DNA of 64,000 nt from Microcystaceae cyanobacterium (GTDB lineage Bacteria > Cyanobacteriota > Cyanobacteriia > Cyanobacteriales > Microcystaceae), in the NCBI GenBank assembly GCA_041746575.1, contig JBGTGT010000012.1:12943-76942 (forward strand), in the 5' to 3' direction. How positions within the stretch are numbered: the first letter of the stretch is position 1; every line of letters starts with the position of its first letter. The position numbers and the translations under genes are program-made. The notes beneath the pieces were generated by a model. The model did no database searches and was not told the origin of the DNA. It saw nothing but the letters and a program-made list of their open reading frames with translations. This document shows positions 50,430 through 61,558 of this stretch, piece by piece.

Positions 50430-52268
50430 ATGTTTGAACTATTCAGCCAGTCTGTCTGGTTTGTTCCCTTATATGCTTTAATTGGCGCATTACTCGCCAT
50501 TCCGTGGTCACCCGGCATTATACGAGAAACAGGTCCCCGTCCGGCAGGTTACTTCAATATTTTGATGACTTTTACGGCATTTGTGCATAGTTTAATGGCA
50601 CTTGTTGGCGTTTGGCAGGAATCGCCCCATTATTTCTCTACTTCTTGGCTTCAGGCGGCAAATTTAAATATTACCTTTGATATCGTTATTTCACCCTTAA
50701 CGGTTGGTGCATTAGTTCTAATCACAGGATTAAACTTACTGGCGCAAATTTATGCCGTTGGTTACCTCGAAATGGATTGGGGATGGGCGCGCTTTTTTTC
50801 GTTGATGGCACTTTTTGAAGGAGGAATGTGTACGCTTGTAATTTGCAATTCTCTCTTTTTTAGCTATGTTGTGCTAGAAATTTTAACATTAGGGACTTAT
50901 CTACTGATTGGGTTTTGGTTTAATCAATCTCTTGTGGTTACTGGGGCTAGAGATGCTTTTCTGACGAAACGGGTAGGGGATTTAATTCTTTTAATGGGAG
51001 TTGTTGCTTTGTTGCCTTTGGCGGGAACATGGAATTATACTGAACTTGCACAATGGGCGCAAACTGTCAATCTTGACCCTAAAATTGCCACCTTACTTTG
51101 TTTAGCTTTAATTGCCGGACCTCTGGGTAAATGCGCTCAATTTCCCTTACATTTATGGTTAGATGAAGCCATGGAAGGGCCAATGCCAGCCACGATTTTA
51201 CGGAATACTATTGTGGTGTCAACTGGGGCGTGGGTTTTAGTGAGATTAGAACCGGTTTTATCTTTATCCTCTACTGCCTTAAATACAATGATTTGGGTGG
51301 GTTCAATTACAGCTATTGGTGCTTCTTTAATTGCCATTGCTCAAATTGATGTTAAACGATCTTTGTCCTATTCTGTTAGTGCTTATATGGGCTTAGTTTT
51401 TATGGCTGTAGGAACAGGATTGACCTCAGAAGCGTTAACTTTATTATTTACTTATGCTATTGCAATGGCACTATTAGTAATGAGTATTGGAGGCATTATT
51501 TTAAATAATATTACTCAGGATCTAACTCAATACGGCGGCTTATGGTCACGTCGTCCAATTTCGGGAATTTGTTATTTAATTGGGGCAGTTTCTTTGGTGG
51601 GCTTTCCCCCCTTTGGTGGCTTTTGGGCTTTAAGTCAAATTGCTGAGAAATGGGGAGTGGTTTCTCCTCTATTAGTTGGCGTTTTATTAATTGTAAATAG
51701 CTTAACTGCCTTTGGTCTTACTCGCGAATTTTGTTTAATTTTTCTGGGGAACTCGAAACCAATGACCATTCGTTCCCCTGAAGGATTATGGGCTTTAGTA
51801 TTACCCATGACTGGGTTAATGGGATTTGCTCTTCATGTGCCGATTTTATTGAGTCAATGGCAATTATTACCAAAGGGAAATGAGTTGGATTTTACAGTAA
51901 TAAGTTTGCTAACTGCTTCCACCTTTGTGGGCCTTATTACAGCTTCATTTCTTTATCTCAATCAAGGCATTGCTAAACCCATTCAATTGCCGTTTCAATC
52001 CTTGCAAGATTTTTTTGCCTACGATTTATATACCGCTAAGTTTTATAAAATTACCATTGTAGGTGCCGTTGGCTTCGTCTCGAAAGCAATTGATTGGTTT
52101 GACCGTTTTATCATTGATGGTGCTGTCAATTTAGTGGGGTTAGTCGCAGTGTTTGGGGGACAAACCTTAAAATACAATGTATCTGGACAAACACAATTTT
52201 ATGTGCTAACAATTATTACAGGAATTACCCTTTTGTTTGTGGCTTTATTTGTGGCTTTTTTGACTTAA
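50430..52268 (+). CDS. ndhF3: NDH-1(3) CO2-uptake subunit NdhF3
   Basis: TGPRPAGY, YLEMDWGWARF, LWLDEAMEGP; operon with ndhD, cupA and a fasciclin gene. Confidence 0.93.
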   Translation: MFELFSQSVWFVPLYALIGALLAIPWSPGIIRETGPRPAGYFNILMTFTAFVHSLMALVGVWQESPHYFSTSWLQAANLNITFDIVISPLTVGALVLITGLNLLAQIYAVGYLEMDWGWARFFSLMALFEGGMCTLVICNSLFFSYVVLEILTLGTYLLIGFWFNQSLVVTGARDAFLTKRVGDLILLMGVVALLPLAGTWNYTELAQWAQTVNLDPKIATLLCLALIAGPLGKCAQFPLHLWLDEAMEGPMPATILRNTIVVSTGAWVLVRLEPVLSLSSTALNTMIWVGSITAIGASLIAIAQIDVKRSLSYSVSAYMGLVFMAVGTGLTSEALTLLFTYAIAMALLVMSIGGIILNNITQDLTQYGGLWSRRPISGICYLIGAVSLVGFPPFGGFWALSQIAEKWGVVSPLLVGVLLIVNSLTAFGLTREFCLIFLGNSKPMTIRSPEGLWALVLPMTGLMGFALHVPILLSQWQLLPKGNELDFTVISLLTASTFVGLITASFLYLNQGIAKPIQLPFQSLQDFFAYDLYTAKFYKITIVGAVGFVSKAIDWFDRFIIDGAVNLVGLVAVFGGQTLKYNVSGQTQFYVLTIITGITLLFVALFVAFLT

Positions 52269-52302
52269 ACCCTCTTGTTGTTAACTCTTCTTCTTTGCTA
52301 AA

Positions 52303-53802
52303 ATGTTAAGCATTCTTTTAATTTTACCTTTAATCGGCATAGGAATTATTGCCCTATTACCGGCTTCCGTTTCTTCGGCTCGACTCCGTAATATTACGAC
52401 CTTTATCTCTGTCGTGATTTTGGGCTGGACGCTGTTGTTGCTAACCCATTTTGATCTCCATATTATTGAATTTCAAATACAGGAATATATACCTTGGGCA
52501 GAGGTCATTGGTTTAAGCTACAGTGTCGGCATAGATGGTTTATCGTTACCCTTAATTATCCTCAATGCGTTGTTAACTATTATTGCGATTTATGGAATGG
52601 GAGAAAAGCTAGAGCGACCTCGCTTTTATTATTCTCTTTTGCTACTAATTAATGCAGGAATTTCGGGAGCATTGATCGCTGAAAATTTATTACTGTTTAT
52701 CATTTTTTATGAACTTGAACTCATTCCTTTTTATCTGATGATTGCCATCTGGGGAGGCGAAAAACGAGGCTATGCTTCTATTAAATTCTTACTTTATACT
52801 GCCGTTTCTGGCTTGTTAGTTTTAGCATCTTTTCTCGGCATGGCATTCTTAAGCAATTCAGCGAGTTTTGACTATCAATCTATTCATTTGGCTGAGCTTT
52901 CTCTAAATACGCGCTTAATTTTACTTACCTTACTTCTGGTTGGATTTGGCATTAAAATTCCCCTCGTCCCTCTGCATACTTGGCTACCTGATGCTTATAC
53001 TGAAGCTTCTTCGGCAACCGCTATTCTCTTAGGAGGAATTCTTGCAAAACTAGGGACTTATGGCTTAATTCGCTTTGGATTACAGTTATTTCCCGAAGCA
53101 TGGTCAGTCATTGCCCCTGGTTTAGCGATTATTGGCACGATTACAGTATTATATGGTGCATTAAGTGCGATCGCTCAAAAAGACATTAAACGTATGGTTG
53201 CCTATAGTTCCATCGGTCACATGGGATATATTCTCGTGGCGGCTTCGGCAGGAACTGCATTAAGCGTATTAGGTGCGGTGACACAAATGGTCAGTCATGG
53301 CTTAATCTTAGCCTTATTGTTTTATTTAGTGGGTATTGTGGAACGCAAGGCGGGAACAAGAGATTTAGACGTTCTCAATGGCTTAATGAACCCCATACGA
53401 GGTCTTCCGTTAGTGAGTGCCTTACTGATTACCGCCGGGATGGCTAGTGCTGGAATTCCGGGGTTAGTAGGGTTTGCGGCAGAATTCATCGTTTTTCAGG
53501 GCAGTTTTCCCACATTTCCTATTCCCACCCTTCTCTGTATTATTGCTTCAGGATTGACGGCGGTTTATTTCGTAATTTTGCTTAACCGTACCTGTTTTGG
53601 TAAATTAGACAATCGGCGCGCCTACTATCCCAAGGTGTTACCTTCAGAAACCATCCCAGCTTTAGTCTTAACGGCAATTATCCTTTTCTTAGGGATTCAA
53701 CCCAATTATTTAGTCCGTTGGATTGAACCAAGCACTGATGCTATGGTGGCGAATTTATCAATTATTGAACGAACCCCAATTGCGGTCAATTCTCATTGGT
53801 AA
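52303..53802 (+). CDS. ndhD3: NDH-1(3) subunit NdhD3
   Basis: FYELELIP, PLHTWLPDAY, KRMVAYSSIGHMG, LLNRTCFG. Confidence 0.93.
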   Translation: MLSILLILPLIGIGIIALLPASVSSARLRNITTFISVVILGWTLLLLTHFDLHIIEFQIQEYIPWAEVIGLSYSVGIDGLSLPLIILNALLTIIAIYGMGEKLERPRFYYSLLLLINAGISGALIAENLLLFIIFYELELIPFYLMIAIWGGEKRGYASIKFLLYTAVSGLLVLASFLGMAFLSNSASFDYQSIHLAELSLNTRLILLTLLLVGFGIKIPLVPLHTWLPDAYTEASSATAILLGGILAKLGTYGLIRFGLQLFPEAWSVIAPGLAIIGTITVLYGALSAIAQKDIKRMVAYSSIGHMGYILVAASAGTALSVLGAVTQMVSHGLILALLFYLVGIVERKAGTRDLDVLNGLMNPIRGLPLVSALLITAGMASAGIPGLVGFAAEFIVFQGSFPTFPIPTLLCIIASGLTAVYFVILLNRTCFGKLDNRRAYYPKVLPSETIPALVLTAIILFLGIQPNYLVRWIEPSTDAMVANLSIIERTPIAVNSHW

Positions 53803-53935
53803 ATGCTTAAAAAATTTCTTTCCTTAGAAGCGTTGCCATGAGGTTTAAATGCCTGAAAATCATTGGTAACTCAAAGGTATTCTTGTTGATCTATTCTATT
53901 GATTGTTGTTAAGCTTAATTGAGCAATTTTATATC

Positions 53936-55231
53936 ATGCCTACAACCTTATCTCAAACAAAACTTCCCCCTTCCACTCACGAATTTGCTGATATTATTCA
54001 TCGCCTCGAAGCGGGAGGTTCGATGTTACCTAATACGCCAGAAAACTTGATGCAAATTATCGGTATTTATAAAGCTTACGCAGTACCGATGGACTTTTAC
54101 TGGCGGGATTTACTCTATATTGCAGAACGAGTTTTTTTAGAACCGTTACCCTTTTTCAAATACTTTCTCCCTCAAGACTATTTAGACCTCAAAAATCACT
54201 ATGCAGGAGATGATGCTGACTTACGAATTTGGCGAGGAAAGGCAACAGCGCATCCTGAATTACTAGAATTCATGGAGAACGGAAAAATAGGCAAAATGCC
54301 TAAACTGTTCCATCACCTTAATCATGACCGCATTAATATGGAATTTGCTGAAGCTTGTATGCGTGCTATGTTATGGCATGGGCGAGATATGGGATGGGGA
54401 AAATTTGATGCTTATTTAGATACCGAAGAATATAAAACGAATGCAGATAGGGCTATTAAAGCCTTTTTTAAAAAGAATCCTGCAATGTTAGGTTTATATA
54501 AACTTTTTCCTGATATGTTTTTAGAACAAGTGCGTCAATTGTCCTATTATTCTAATCTGGGATTATTTTGGGAAGTAATGGCACCCGTCTTTTTTGAAAT
54601 GTCTGACATTTACGATGAAGGTGGCTTTAAAGGTGTTCCTGATGCCATGAATTTTCTGGTTAATGGGATTTTTGCTATGGCGGGAAGACCTATTTATCAT
54701 CATGTTTATGTTGAGGGTAAATGCTACGAAATTATTCCAAAATCTCAAGGATTTACTTGGCTTTATGAAGCCGCATTACCCTATGTCGAAGCAGTATTTT
54801 ATCGGACTTCTCCCTTCCGAGGCACAAAGTCTTATAACGCACAAGCAAAACAAGTTCCCGATCAGCAGAAAGACTTTCACTATGGTATTTTATACGCTGA
54901 TGTTTTTCCTGTAGGAACAGCTGGAATTCCGCCGACCTTGTTAATGGATGATATGTCTCATTTTTTACCTGATTATTTAATTGAATACTACCAAAAACAT
55001 TGTCGAGGTGAAGATGATATACTAATCCAATTAGGCATTACTTTTCAACGCTCGATGTATAATGTTACCTCGGCAGTAATACAAGCTTTAAGAACAGCTT
55101 TGCTCTACCCTTTAAATGACCCAAACCCAAGACATTTGTTAAAAAATCGTCAATTTTTCGAGCAACAATTAGACCGCTTTAAACGTCCGGAAGCCCGACT
55201 AAGGGATATTCAAAGACAAGATTACCGTTAA
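53936..55231 (+). CDS. cupA: CO2 hydration protein CupA/ChpY
   Basis: [45 protein letters not shown]. Confidence 0.95.
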   Translation: MPTTLSQTKLPPSTHEFADIIHRLEAGGSMLPNTPENLMQIIGIYKAYAVPMDFYWRDLLYIAERVFLEPLPFFKYFLPQDYLDLKNHYAGDDADLRIWRGKATAHPELLEFMENGKIGKMPKLFHHLNHDRINMEFAEACMRAMLWHGRDMGWGKFDAYLDTEEYKTNADRAIKAFFKKNPAMLGLYKLFPDMFLEQVRQLSYYSNLGLFWEVMAPVFFEMSDIYDEGGFKGVPDAMNFLVNGIFAMAGRPIYHHVYVEGKCYEIIPKSQGFTWLYEAALPYVEAVFYRTSPFRGTKSYNAQAKQVPDQQKDFHYGILYADVFPVGTAGIPPTLLMDDMSHFLPDYLIEYYQKHCRGEDDILIQLGITFQRSMYNVTSAVIQALRTALLYPLNDPNPRHLLKNRQFFEQQLDRFKRPEARLRDIQRQDYR

Positions 55232-55265
55232 ACATTTAATTATTCCTTATTTCTTCATTACAACC

Positions 55266-55667
55266 ATGTCAGATATTGTTGATATTGCCATTAGTGCTGA
55301 TAATTTCCAAACCCTTGTTACAGCCGTTAAAGCCGCTAATTTAGTAGATGCTTTGAAAAGTTCTGGCCCCTTTACTGTTTTTGCACCAACCGATGAAGCC
55401 TTTGCCAAATTACCCGATGGAACAATTACAACGCTTTTGCAAAATGTACCTCAACTTGCTCGAATCTTAACTTATCACGTCGTTTCTGGTAAGTATAAGA
55501 AGGAGGATTTAGTTAATATTAATTCTCTAATTTCTTTGGAAGGTTCACCTATAAGTATTGATCTTTCGGATGCGTTCGAGGTCAAAAATGCCACGGTTAT
55601 TACAGCAGATATCGAAGCAGAAAATGGCATCATTCATGTGATTGATAATATCATTTTGATGGGGTAA
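55266..55667 (+). CDS. cupS: Fasciclin-domain protein CupS
   Basis: [28 protein letters not shown]; follows cupA. Confidence 0.9.
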   Translation: MSDIVDIAISADNFQTLVTAVKAANLVDALKSSGPFTVFAPTDEAFAKLPDGTITTLLQNVPQLARILTYHVVSGKYKKEDLVNINSLISLEGSPISIDLSDAFEVKNATVITADIEAENGIIHVIDNIILMG

Positions 55668-55672
55668 ACTTA

Positions 55673-55693
55673 AGGTGGGGTTTTTCCTCACCT
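55673..55693 (+). terminator. Stem-loop after cupS (possible terminator)
   Basis: AGGTGGGG-ttttt-CCTCACCT; no strong U-tail. Confidence 0.4.
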
Positions 55694-55717
55694 CATTGAT
55701 AGAAGTCAAACTATTCC

Positions 55718-58120
55718 ATGAATTTTTTAGTCATCGATACAGAAGGGAAAGAATACTTACGAGAAATTGCGATTATTAATGACCAAGGTAAACTCGTTTA
55801 TGAAGCGTTTGCAAAAGAACATATAGAAAGTGATACGATTCACCTAAATGTTAAGCCTTTAGAAGAAATTATTCAAGATTTCAGCCAAATTATAAATAAT
55901 CAGTTACTTATTTTTCATTTAGCTACTCATGATCTCCAAGTCTTAAAAAATAGTTACCAAAGTGTCGGCATTGTCTGGTATCCGTTACGATATGATTGTA
56001 CTTTTCGACTAGCGCAACAATATTATCCCTATTTACAAAATTACTCCTTAGAGTATCTTAGCCGTAAACGAAATCTAAAAGTTAATCATCAACATTTTAA
56101 CCCCAGTCAAGCTCATTCTGCTCGCTATGATGCCGCTTTTACTTATCAATTGTATCTGGATATTCAGAAGACAAAGGAAAATATGAACACAACAACAATA
56201 GCCAATCCTTTTAGTAGCAACAGAGTCGATAATCCCTTTCAAGATCATGTTGATTTTAAAACTCTTTACCAAACCGAATTTAATTATTTAAAGTCTATCA
56301 TTGCAGACATTAAAGCCGATCCTAATCACCAAAGTCAAGGAGTAATTATTATTGGAGAAGCAGGAAGCGGCAAAACTCATCTAATTATGCGTTTAGCTAA
56401 AGAATTACTTAAAGTAAATCGTTTGCTCTTTATTCGCCATCCTAATAATTTAAACACAATTCTTTATCATATTTATAGCCGAATTTTAGATTCTTTTATT
56501 AAAGAAGTTCCTGAAACAGGCTATACTCAATTAGAACACCTATTATCTCATAGTTTTGTAAAATTAATTAGTCAAAGTACGTTTATTAGATTAACCCAGA
56601 AAGATAGTGATATTCAAACTATTGCTAAGAATGAGCCTTTAGAACTTTATGAAAAGTTAGGCAAAGAAGATACTCAAAGAAAACGGGATTATTGGCAACA
56701 TATTGAGAAAAGAGCGAGTGAATGGTGGATGGATGAATATGGAATCGGAGGATATGCGCCTAAGATTTTGAAAGGAATTATTAAGTTTTGTAGTTATACT
56801 CGTCGTAAAGAAAAAAGTTTAGTTTCTCGATGGTTATCGGCTGAAGAACTAACTGAAGAAGATATTAGCTCGATTGGTTTGAATAATTGGGATCAAGAAA
56901 TGAGCAAAGAGGAATTTTCCTTAGAAGCTATCTCTGTTTTTAGTAAACTATCTTTGCTGGATGAACCTCTAATTATTGTTTTTGATCAATTAGAATCTTT
57001 AGGATTACCGCATAATGAAGCCCTACTTTTAAGCTTTGGTGAGGCTGTCAAAGAGATATTTACTCATGTTCCTCATAGTTTAATTATTTTAAATCTATTT
57101 CCAGAGCGGTGGCAACAATTTCAAACCCTTTTCAACCCTGCTGTCATTGATAGAGCATCCCAACATAAAATTGCCCTAAATCGTCCATCCAATGAACAAT
57201 TATTATCAATTTTAAATTTAAAAACACAACCGTTTAATCTTAACTTAGCCAGCCTTTTTACCTCTCAAGAACTGACAGAAATTTTGCAAGGTACTTCAAT
57301 TCGTGAGGTTATTAATAATGCAAATCGATATTTTTATCAAAAGCGATTACCTACCGTTGATTCTGCCGTCATCATATCCTCTAAAATAACAACGGAAAGC
57401 CGACTTAGTACGTTAGAAAAAGAAGTGACTCAATTGCGAAATTTATTACAAACTATTGGTCAAAGCATTACGGATTTGTTAATAACAATTCCTTCAGCAA
57501 CCACACCGATAGAGCATAACCATTCTATTGAAAGTAGTATAACCCCCCATCCTGTTTCTAATCTTATCAAACACTATTTACAAGAAAATCGTCAGTTGCT
57601 TGAACAAGATTACCAACAATTACAAATTATTACTGATTCCGATGATTTAGGCAAACTAATAACGATTGCTGAAAGTTTTAAAATGTTATATCCTTATCCT
57701 TTTGAAATTGATCATCTCAGATTAGGAAGAAAGAAATTACCTGACCATCTCTTAATACAAAAATCTCCTCAAAGTTTGGTTATTGGATTTTTGCACGCAG
57801 ATGGAAGTACATTTAGCTCTCGAATTAAAAACTTTAACGAATTAGTCATCATTTACAAAAATCATCAATTTCAACTTTGGAGAGATGAAAGAAAATCGGA
57901 CATTACAGGAAAAGTCGGACAAGAAAATATGATGATGTTAAATAATGCGCCTAATGGACAATTTCAACTGATGGAAAAAGAGCAAAGAATCGAATTTGAA
58001 CTCATCTATAAAATGATTATAGATATTCAAAATCAAGATTTAAACTTACCAATGGAAGAAGCCTTAAAAGCGTTAATTTTAGCAGTGCCTAACAGCTGGA
58101 TTATTCAGATTTTTCAGTAA
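55718..58120 (+). CDS. DEDDh 3'-5' exonuclease fused to a P-loop ATPase
   Basis: VIDTEG, FHLATHD, DCT, AHSARYDA; then NPF, GEAGSGKT, IIVFDQLE. Confidence 0.85.
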   Translation: MNFLVIDTEGKEYLREIAIINDQGKLVYEAFAKEHIESDTIHLNVKPLEEIIQDFSQIINNQLLIFHLATHDLQVLKNSYQSVGIVWYPLRYDCTFRLAQQYYPYLQNYSLEYLSRKRNLKVNHQHFNPSQAHSARYDAAFTYQLYLDIQKTKENMNTTTIANPFSSNRVDNPFQDHVDFKTLYQTEFNYLKSIIADIKADPNHQSQGVIIIGEAGSGKTHLIMRLAKELLKVNRLLFIRHPNNLNTILYHIYSRILDSFIKEVPETGYTQLEHLLSHSFVKLISQSTFIRLTQKDSDIQTIAKNEPLELYEKLGKEDTQRKRDYWQHIEKRASEWWMDEYGIGGYAPKILKGIIKFCSYTRRKEKSLVSRWLSAEELTEEDISSIGLNNWDQEMSKEEFSLEAISVFSKLSLLDEPLIIVFDQLESLGLPHNEALLLSFGEAVKEIFTHVPHSLIILNLFPERWQQFQTLFNPAVIDRASQHKIALNRPSNEQLLSILNLKTQPFNLNLASLFTSQELTEILQGTSIREVINNANRYFYQKRLPTVDSAVIISSKITTESRLSTLEKEVTQLRNLLQTIGQSITDLLITIPSATTPIEHNHSIESSITPHPVSNLIKHYLQENRQLLEQDYQQLQIITDSDDLGKLITIAESFKMLYPYPFEIDHLRLGRKKLPDHLLIQKSPQSLVIGFLHADGSTFSSRIKNFNELVIIYKNHQFQLWRDERKSDITGKVGQENMMMLNNAPNGQFQLMEKEQRIEFELIYKMIIDIQNQDLNLPMEEALKALILAVPNSWIIQIFQ

Positions 58121-58863
58121 TTTTCAGTAGTTGAAAGACAAGATTGCATCCCCCAAAAAATTAAATGTTCGTCGTAACGAAATGCCAAGGTTAATATCTC
58201 ATCGTACACTTGTAAATAAGACAAAAGATGTTGACCATCCCCTCCTGTAAAGAGGATAACACTATCGGGAAATTTTTCTAACCAATTGACAATAAATTCC
58301 CGAATTCCAGCTATCAGTGTATAAATAATTCCACTTTCAATCGCCGTATCCGTATTCATCCCCCATCGAGACGGTAAATGCTGAGGTAAAGTTAAATGGG
58401 GCAAAACCGCAGTAGAATTAGATAATGCGACAAATTGCTGAGACAGTCCTGCCAAAATAGCCCCTCCAACTAAATTTCGTTGTTTATCAACCCCTGTCAA
58501 CGTCAAAGCCGTTCCTCCATCAATTACTAAGCAGGGAAACCCATATTTCTCGCCTGCGCCGCAGACAGCTAATGCCCGGTCAATGCCTAAGCTAGGATAT
58601 CGTTTTTTTAAGGGAATATCCGCTAATGTCATCAATTTTGACGGCTGATAGTTTTGCCAAAGAAGGGTTTGAGAGGGTACAACTGAGGCAAAATATAAAG
58701 GGAGCGGAAAATTATTTTTAAGATTAAACGGCAGTGAGACAGTGTAATTTTTAGTATGTTCGCTTTTCCAAACAGATTTTAATCGTTCATGTTTAAAATA
58801 AGCCCAATGAAGCCGAGAATTGCCGATCATCAAACCTAACCAATGGGAAGAAAAAATCATCAT
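58114..58863 (-). CDS. coaX: Type III pantothenate kinase
   Basis: MIGNSRLHW, ASVVP, LGIDR, VIDGGTALT, GGAIL.G, TGGDG. Confidence 0.92.
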   Translation of the reverse strand: MMIFSSHWLGLMIGNSRLHWAYFKHERLKSVWKSEHTKNYTVSLPFNLKNNFPLPLYFASVVPSQTLLWQNYQPSKLMTLADIPLKKRYPSLGIDRALAVCGAGEKYGFPCLVIDGGTALTLTGVDKQRNLVGGAILAGLSQQFVALSNSTAVLPHLTLPQHLPSRWGMNTDTAIESGIIYTLIAGIREFIVNWLEKFPDSVILFTGGDGQHLLSYLQVYDEILTLAFRYDEHLIFWGMQSCLSTTENY

Positions 58864-59103
58864 TAAATTGATTAAATTGCCATTATCGCAACGTAAATCC
58901 CTTTTCTGACGGTTAAGGATTAAACGTAACCGCTAGGGAGATTAACTTTATTATGAGTTAGTTATGTTATTCGGCTCAAATGCTGTTTTAAGCAGTTCAG
59001 GGATAACCGCTAACCTGTCACAATAAAGGTGTGTTAAATTTGACTACGTTTATATAAACCTATTCTAAAATAATAAGGATAAAATAAGACCCATTATCAA
59101 AAT

Positions 59104-60159
59104 ATGACCCAGAAAAATACATTTTTCGATACTGTTATTATAGGTGCAGGGTTAGCAGGACTCATGTGCGCTCAATTATTACAGAACAAAGGATATTCTG
59201 TCTTAATTTTAGAAAAATCGAGGAGATTGGGAGGAAGATTAGCCACTCGACGCATTGGTAAAACCACCGTTGATCATGGTTTATCTTACTTTTTAAAACA
59301 AGGAAACTATAGTCAGCAACTACTAGAGAAATTGAAGCTTCACAATATTCTTGAAGTCAAAAATCCTCAATATTATCAAGTAGAAAACACCTTAGAAAAA
59401 ATTACTGTTCAACCTCAATATTTTGCTTCTAAAGGAATTAACATTATCGCTAAGTATTTAGCTGAAGATATAACCATCTGGCGTAGCTGTCGAGTCACGA
59501 ACATTCTGCCCATCCTTCAACAATATTGGTATATTAATTATGAATCCTCTCCCGATGAAAGTACCCATTTTGTGCAAGCCAAAATCGTAGTAAGTGCGAT
59601 TCCTGCACCTCAACTCTTATTAATCTTACAAACCTCTCATTTAGATAATTTTTCTGATCACTTTTTGTCAAATATTCAAAAAGTTACTTATCACCCTTGC
59701 TTGTCAATAATAGCAGGATATAGCCAATTTTCGCCGACAGATATCCCTTGGGAGCAAGTCAAAATCTTGACCGATTCCGATTTAGCATGGGTAGGGATTG
59801 AAAGTGTGAAACGAGAAACTCCCTCAGAAACCGCCGTTGTTTTCCATAGTACCCCCGATTATGCTCAACAATTTTTAGAATATACTGACTTAAAACCGGT
59901 AGGAAAAGCCTTAATTGATCGAGCCTCAGACCTCCTTTTTTCCCCCTTCAAATCTCCAAATTGGTATCAAGTCCATCGCTGGCGATACGCAATTCCTGAA
60001 CAATCGGTAGAAACGGCTTATCTAGAGACACAAACCCCTTTACCTCTAGTCGCTTGTGGCGATTGGTGTTTAGGTAATATTAACCCCGAAAAATCGTGGC
60101 ATCTCGAAAAAGCAATGGCTTCAGGAATAGCGGCGGCTAAGCAAATTCTTAGTTATTGA
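59104..60159 (+). CDS. FAD-dependent oxidoreductase (renalase-like)
   Basis: IIGAGLAGL, EKSR..GGRLATRR, DHG, HRWRYA, CGDWC. Confidence 0.9.
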   Translation: MTQKNTFFDTVIIGAGLAGLMCAQLLQNKGYSVLILEKSRRLGGRLATRRIGKTTVDHGLSYFLKQGNYSQQLLEKLKLHNILEVKNPQYYQVENTLEKITVQPQYFASKGINIIAKYLAEDITIWRSCRVTNILPILQQYWYINYESSPDESTHFVQAKIVVSAIPAPQLLLILQTSHLDNFSDHFLSNIQKVTYHPCLSIIAGYSQFSPTDIPWEQVKILTDSDLAWVGIESVKRETPSETAVVFHSTPDYAQQFLEYTDLKPVGKALIDRASDLLFSPFKSPNWYQVHRWRYAIPEQSVETAYLETQTPLPLVACGDWCLGNINPEKSWHLEKAMASGIAAAKQILSY

Positions 60160-60411
60160 TGCCGTTAATTGTAATTATTCTATGTCCCTTCCAGCATTTT
60201 GACCCTTTCTAGCGTTACGCCATTTCCTAAATCCTTTACAAAAAATTCTACCTCTTTAGCGATCGCTCAATGACCCTCTGTAAATCCCGTATTTCCCCAT
60301 CGAGATTCAAGAAACTGCCTCAGAATCCAGAAATTTTTTAGATTCAGTAGGAGCGCGTCTAACCTCTAATCGACGGCACTTAACGCTATCATCATAAATT
60401 ATTACGAAAAA

Positions 60412-60749
60412 CGGGACTGGCCGGAATCGAACCGGCGACCGAGTGCTTCAGATTTGTGTGAGTTTCCCCACTCTCTGGACTATTCCTTCACCGTAGGTTA
60501 ATCCCCCGTAGGTGGTGGCCGTTATGTTATCGGTGTATTTTAAGTTTGAGATTCCCTTAACCGATAACCAGTCTCTGCACCTTCTCTATGCGAGAATAAC
60601 ATAGAGCTTGGCTCAAGATTACCCTATCTAGATTGAGACAACATAGACTTAGGCTTCCTTGAGTTTGACCACATTCATCACTGACGTTTCCGTACAGGAT
60701 GCCCGATGTTTCAGGAGGCACTTGCTCTATCCTACTGAGCTACAGCCCC
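60412..60749 (-). tRNA. tRNA-Arg(CCU) split by a group I intron (exons 60749-60713 and 60448-60412)
   Basis: Joined exons give a 74-nt cloverleaf: GGGGCTGTAGCTCAGTAGGATAGAGCA-AGTGC-CT-CCT|AA-GCACT-CGGTCGCCGGTTCGATTCCGGCCAGTCCCG. Confidence 0.93.
60449..60712 (-). ncRNA. Group I intron (264 nt, tRNA anticodon-loop type, no homing endonuclease)
   Basis: P1 CCU|GA-aaca-UCGGG with U.G at the splice site; P AAACTCAAGGAA, Q AATCTTGAGC, R GTGCAGAGACT, S AAGGAATAGTCC; terminal omega-G at 60449. Confidence 0.92.
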
Positions 60750-60916
60750 AAATTGGTAATAATACCAAACTAACCTTAGTTTAAGTCTTATTTTTGCATT
60801 GTCTAGTCGTAATTTTACGGATATATCAGTATTTTGTGTTCAAGCTCCTCGGTAATCGTAGCGATCGCGCGTAATCTTTTACAATAAATTCAGTCACGTT
60901 AGGAGTCCTCAGCAGA

Positions 60917-61504
60917 ATGGATGCAATGACCTTTTTTGAGAAAAGCGCGGGTAAATGGCGATCGCAACGTACAACCCATCATTTAGCCTTCAGACGGGCA
61001 GAATTAGGCAGTTCTGAGATTTTTGTAGAAGCATTAGCAGCCGATCATCCCAAAGTCATTGAAATCTGCCAAATACATGATGTTGATCCCGCTCTCACGG
61101 TAGGAGGTGCGTTCGTGAGTTGGGATGGAGCGATGGCATGGGATAAGGAGAATGAAAACCATGAAGGCTCAACGGTTTTTGCCTTAATTCCTGACCCTGC
61201 TGATCCCCAGAAAGGAACGCTTCTTAGAGAACGGGGTTATGCTGAAATTGTTCCCATTTCCGGACAGTATGTTATCGATGAAGATGAAGCCCTCGCGTTA
61301 ACCACAGAATATGAAACCATGAGTACCGTCGAACGATTCTGGTTTGCCGCACCCAATGTTCGGATGAGAACCAGTACAGTGCAACGGTTTGGCGGTTTTA
61401 ATAGTGCCACCTTTTGTACAGAAATTCGGGTTGAATCCCTAAAAGCACCTGAAAAGAACGATAACCTTCCCAAAAATTCGGTGTATTCTGTCAGTGGATG
61501 GTAG
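60917..61504 (+). CDS. cpcS: Phycobiliprotein lyase, CpcS/CpeS family
   Basis: SAGKWRSQRTTHHL, LLRERGYAE, ERFWF..PNVRMR, ATFCTEIR. Confidence 0.9.
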   Translation: MDAMTFFEKSAGKWRSQRTTHHLAFRRAELGSSEIFVEALAADHPKVIEICQIHDVDPALTVGGAFVSWDGAMAWDKENENHEGSTVFALIPDPADPQKGTLLRERGYAEIVPISGQYVIDEDEALALTTEYETMSTVERFWFAAPNVRMRTSTVQRFGGFNSATFCTEIRVESLKAPEKNDNLPKNSVYSVSGW

Positions 61505-61540
61505 TCTCGGATACCTTGTTCGGCGATCGCTAAGTTAACA

Positions 61541-61558
61541 TTTGTAAGAATTTTTAAC
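61541..61558 (-). promoter_or_regulatory. HLR1-like (RpaB) repeat upstream of cpcG
   Basis: Minus strand GTTAAAAA-tt-CTTACAAA; candidate -10 TATGAT at 61588-61593. Confidence 0.4.

Noticed and set aside
60449..60712. Homing endonuclease within the intron
   Set aside because: The intron is only 264 nt, too short to encode one.
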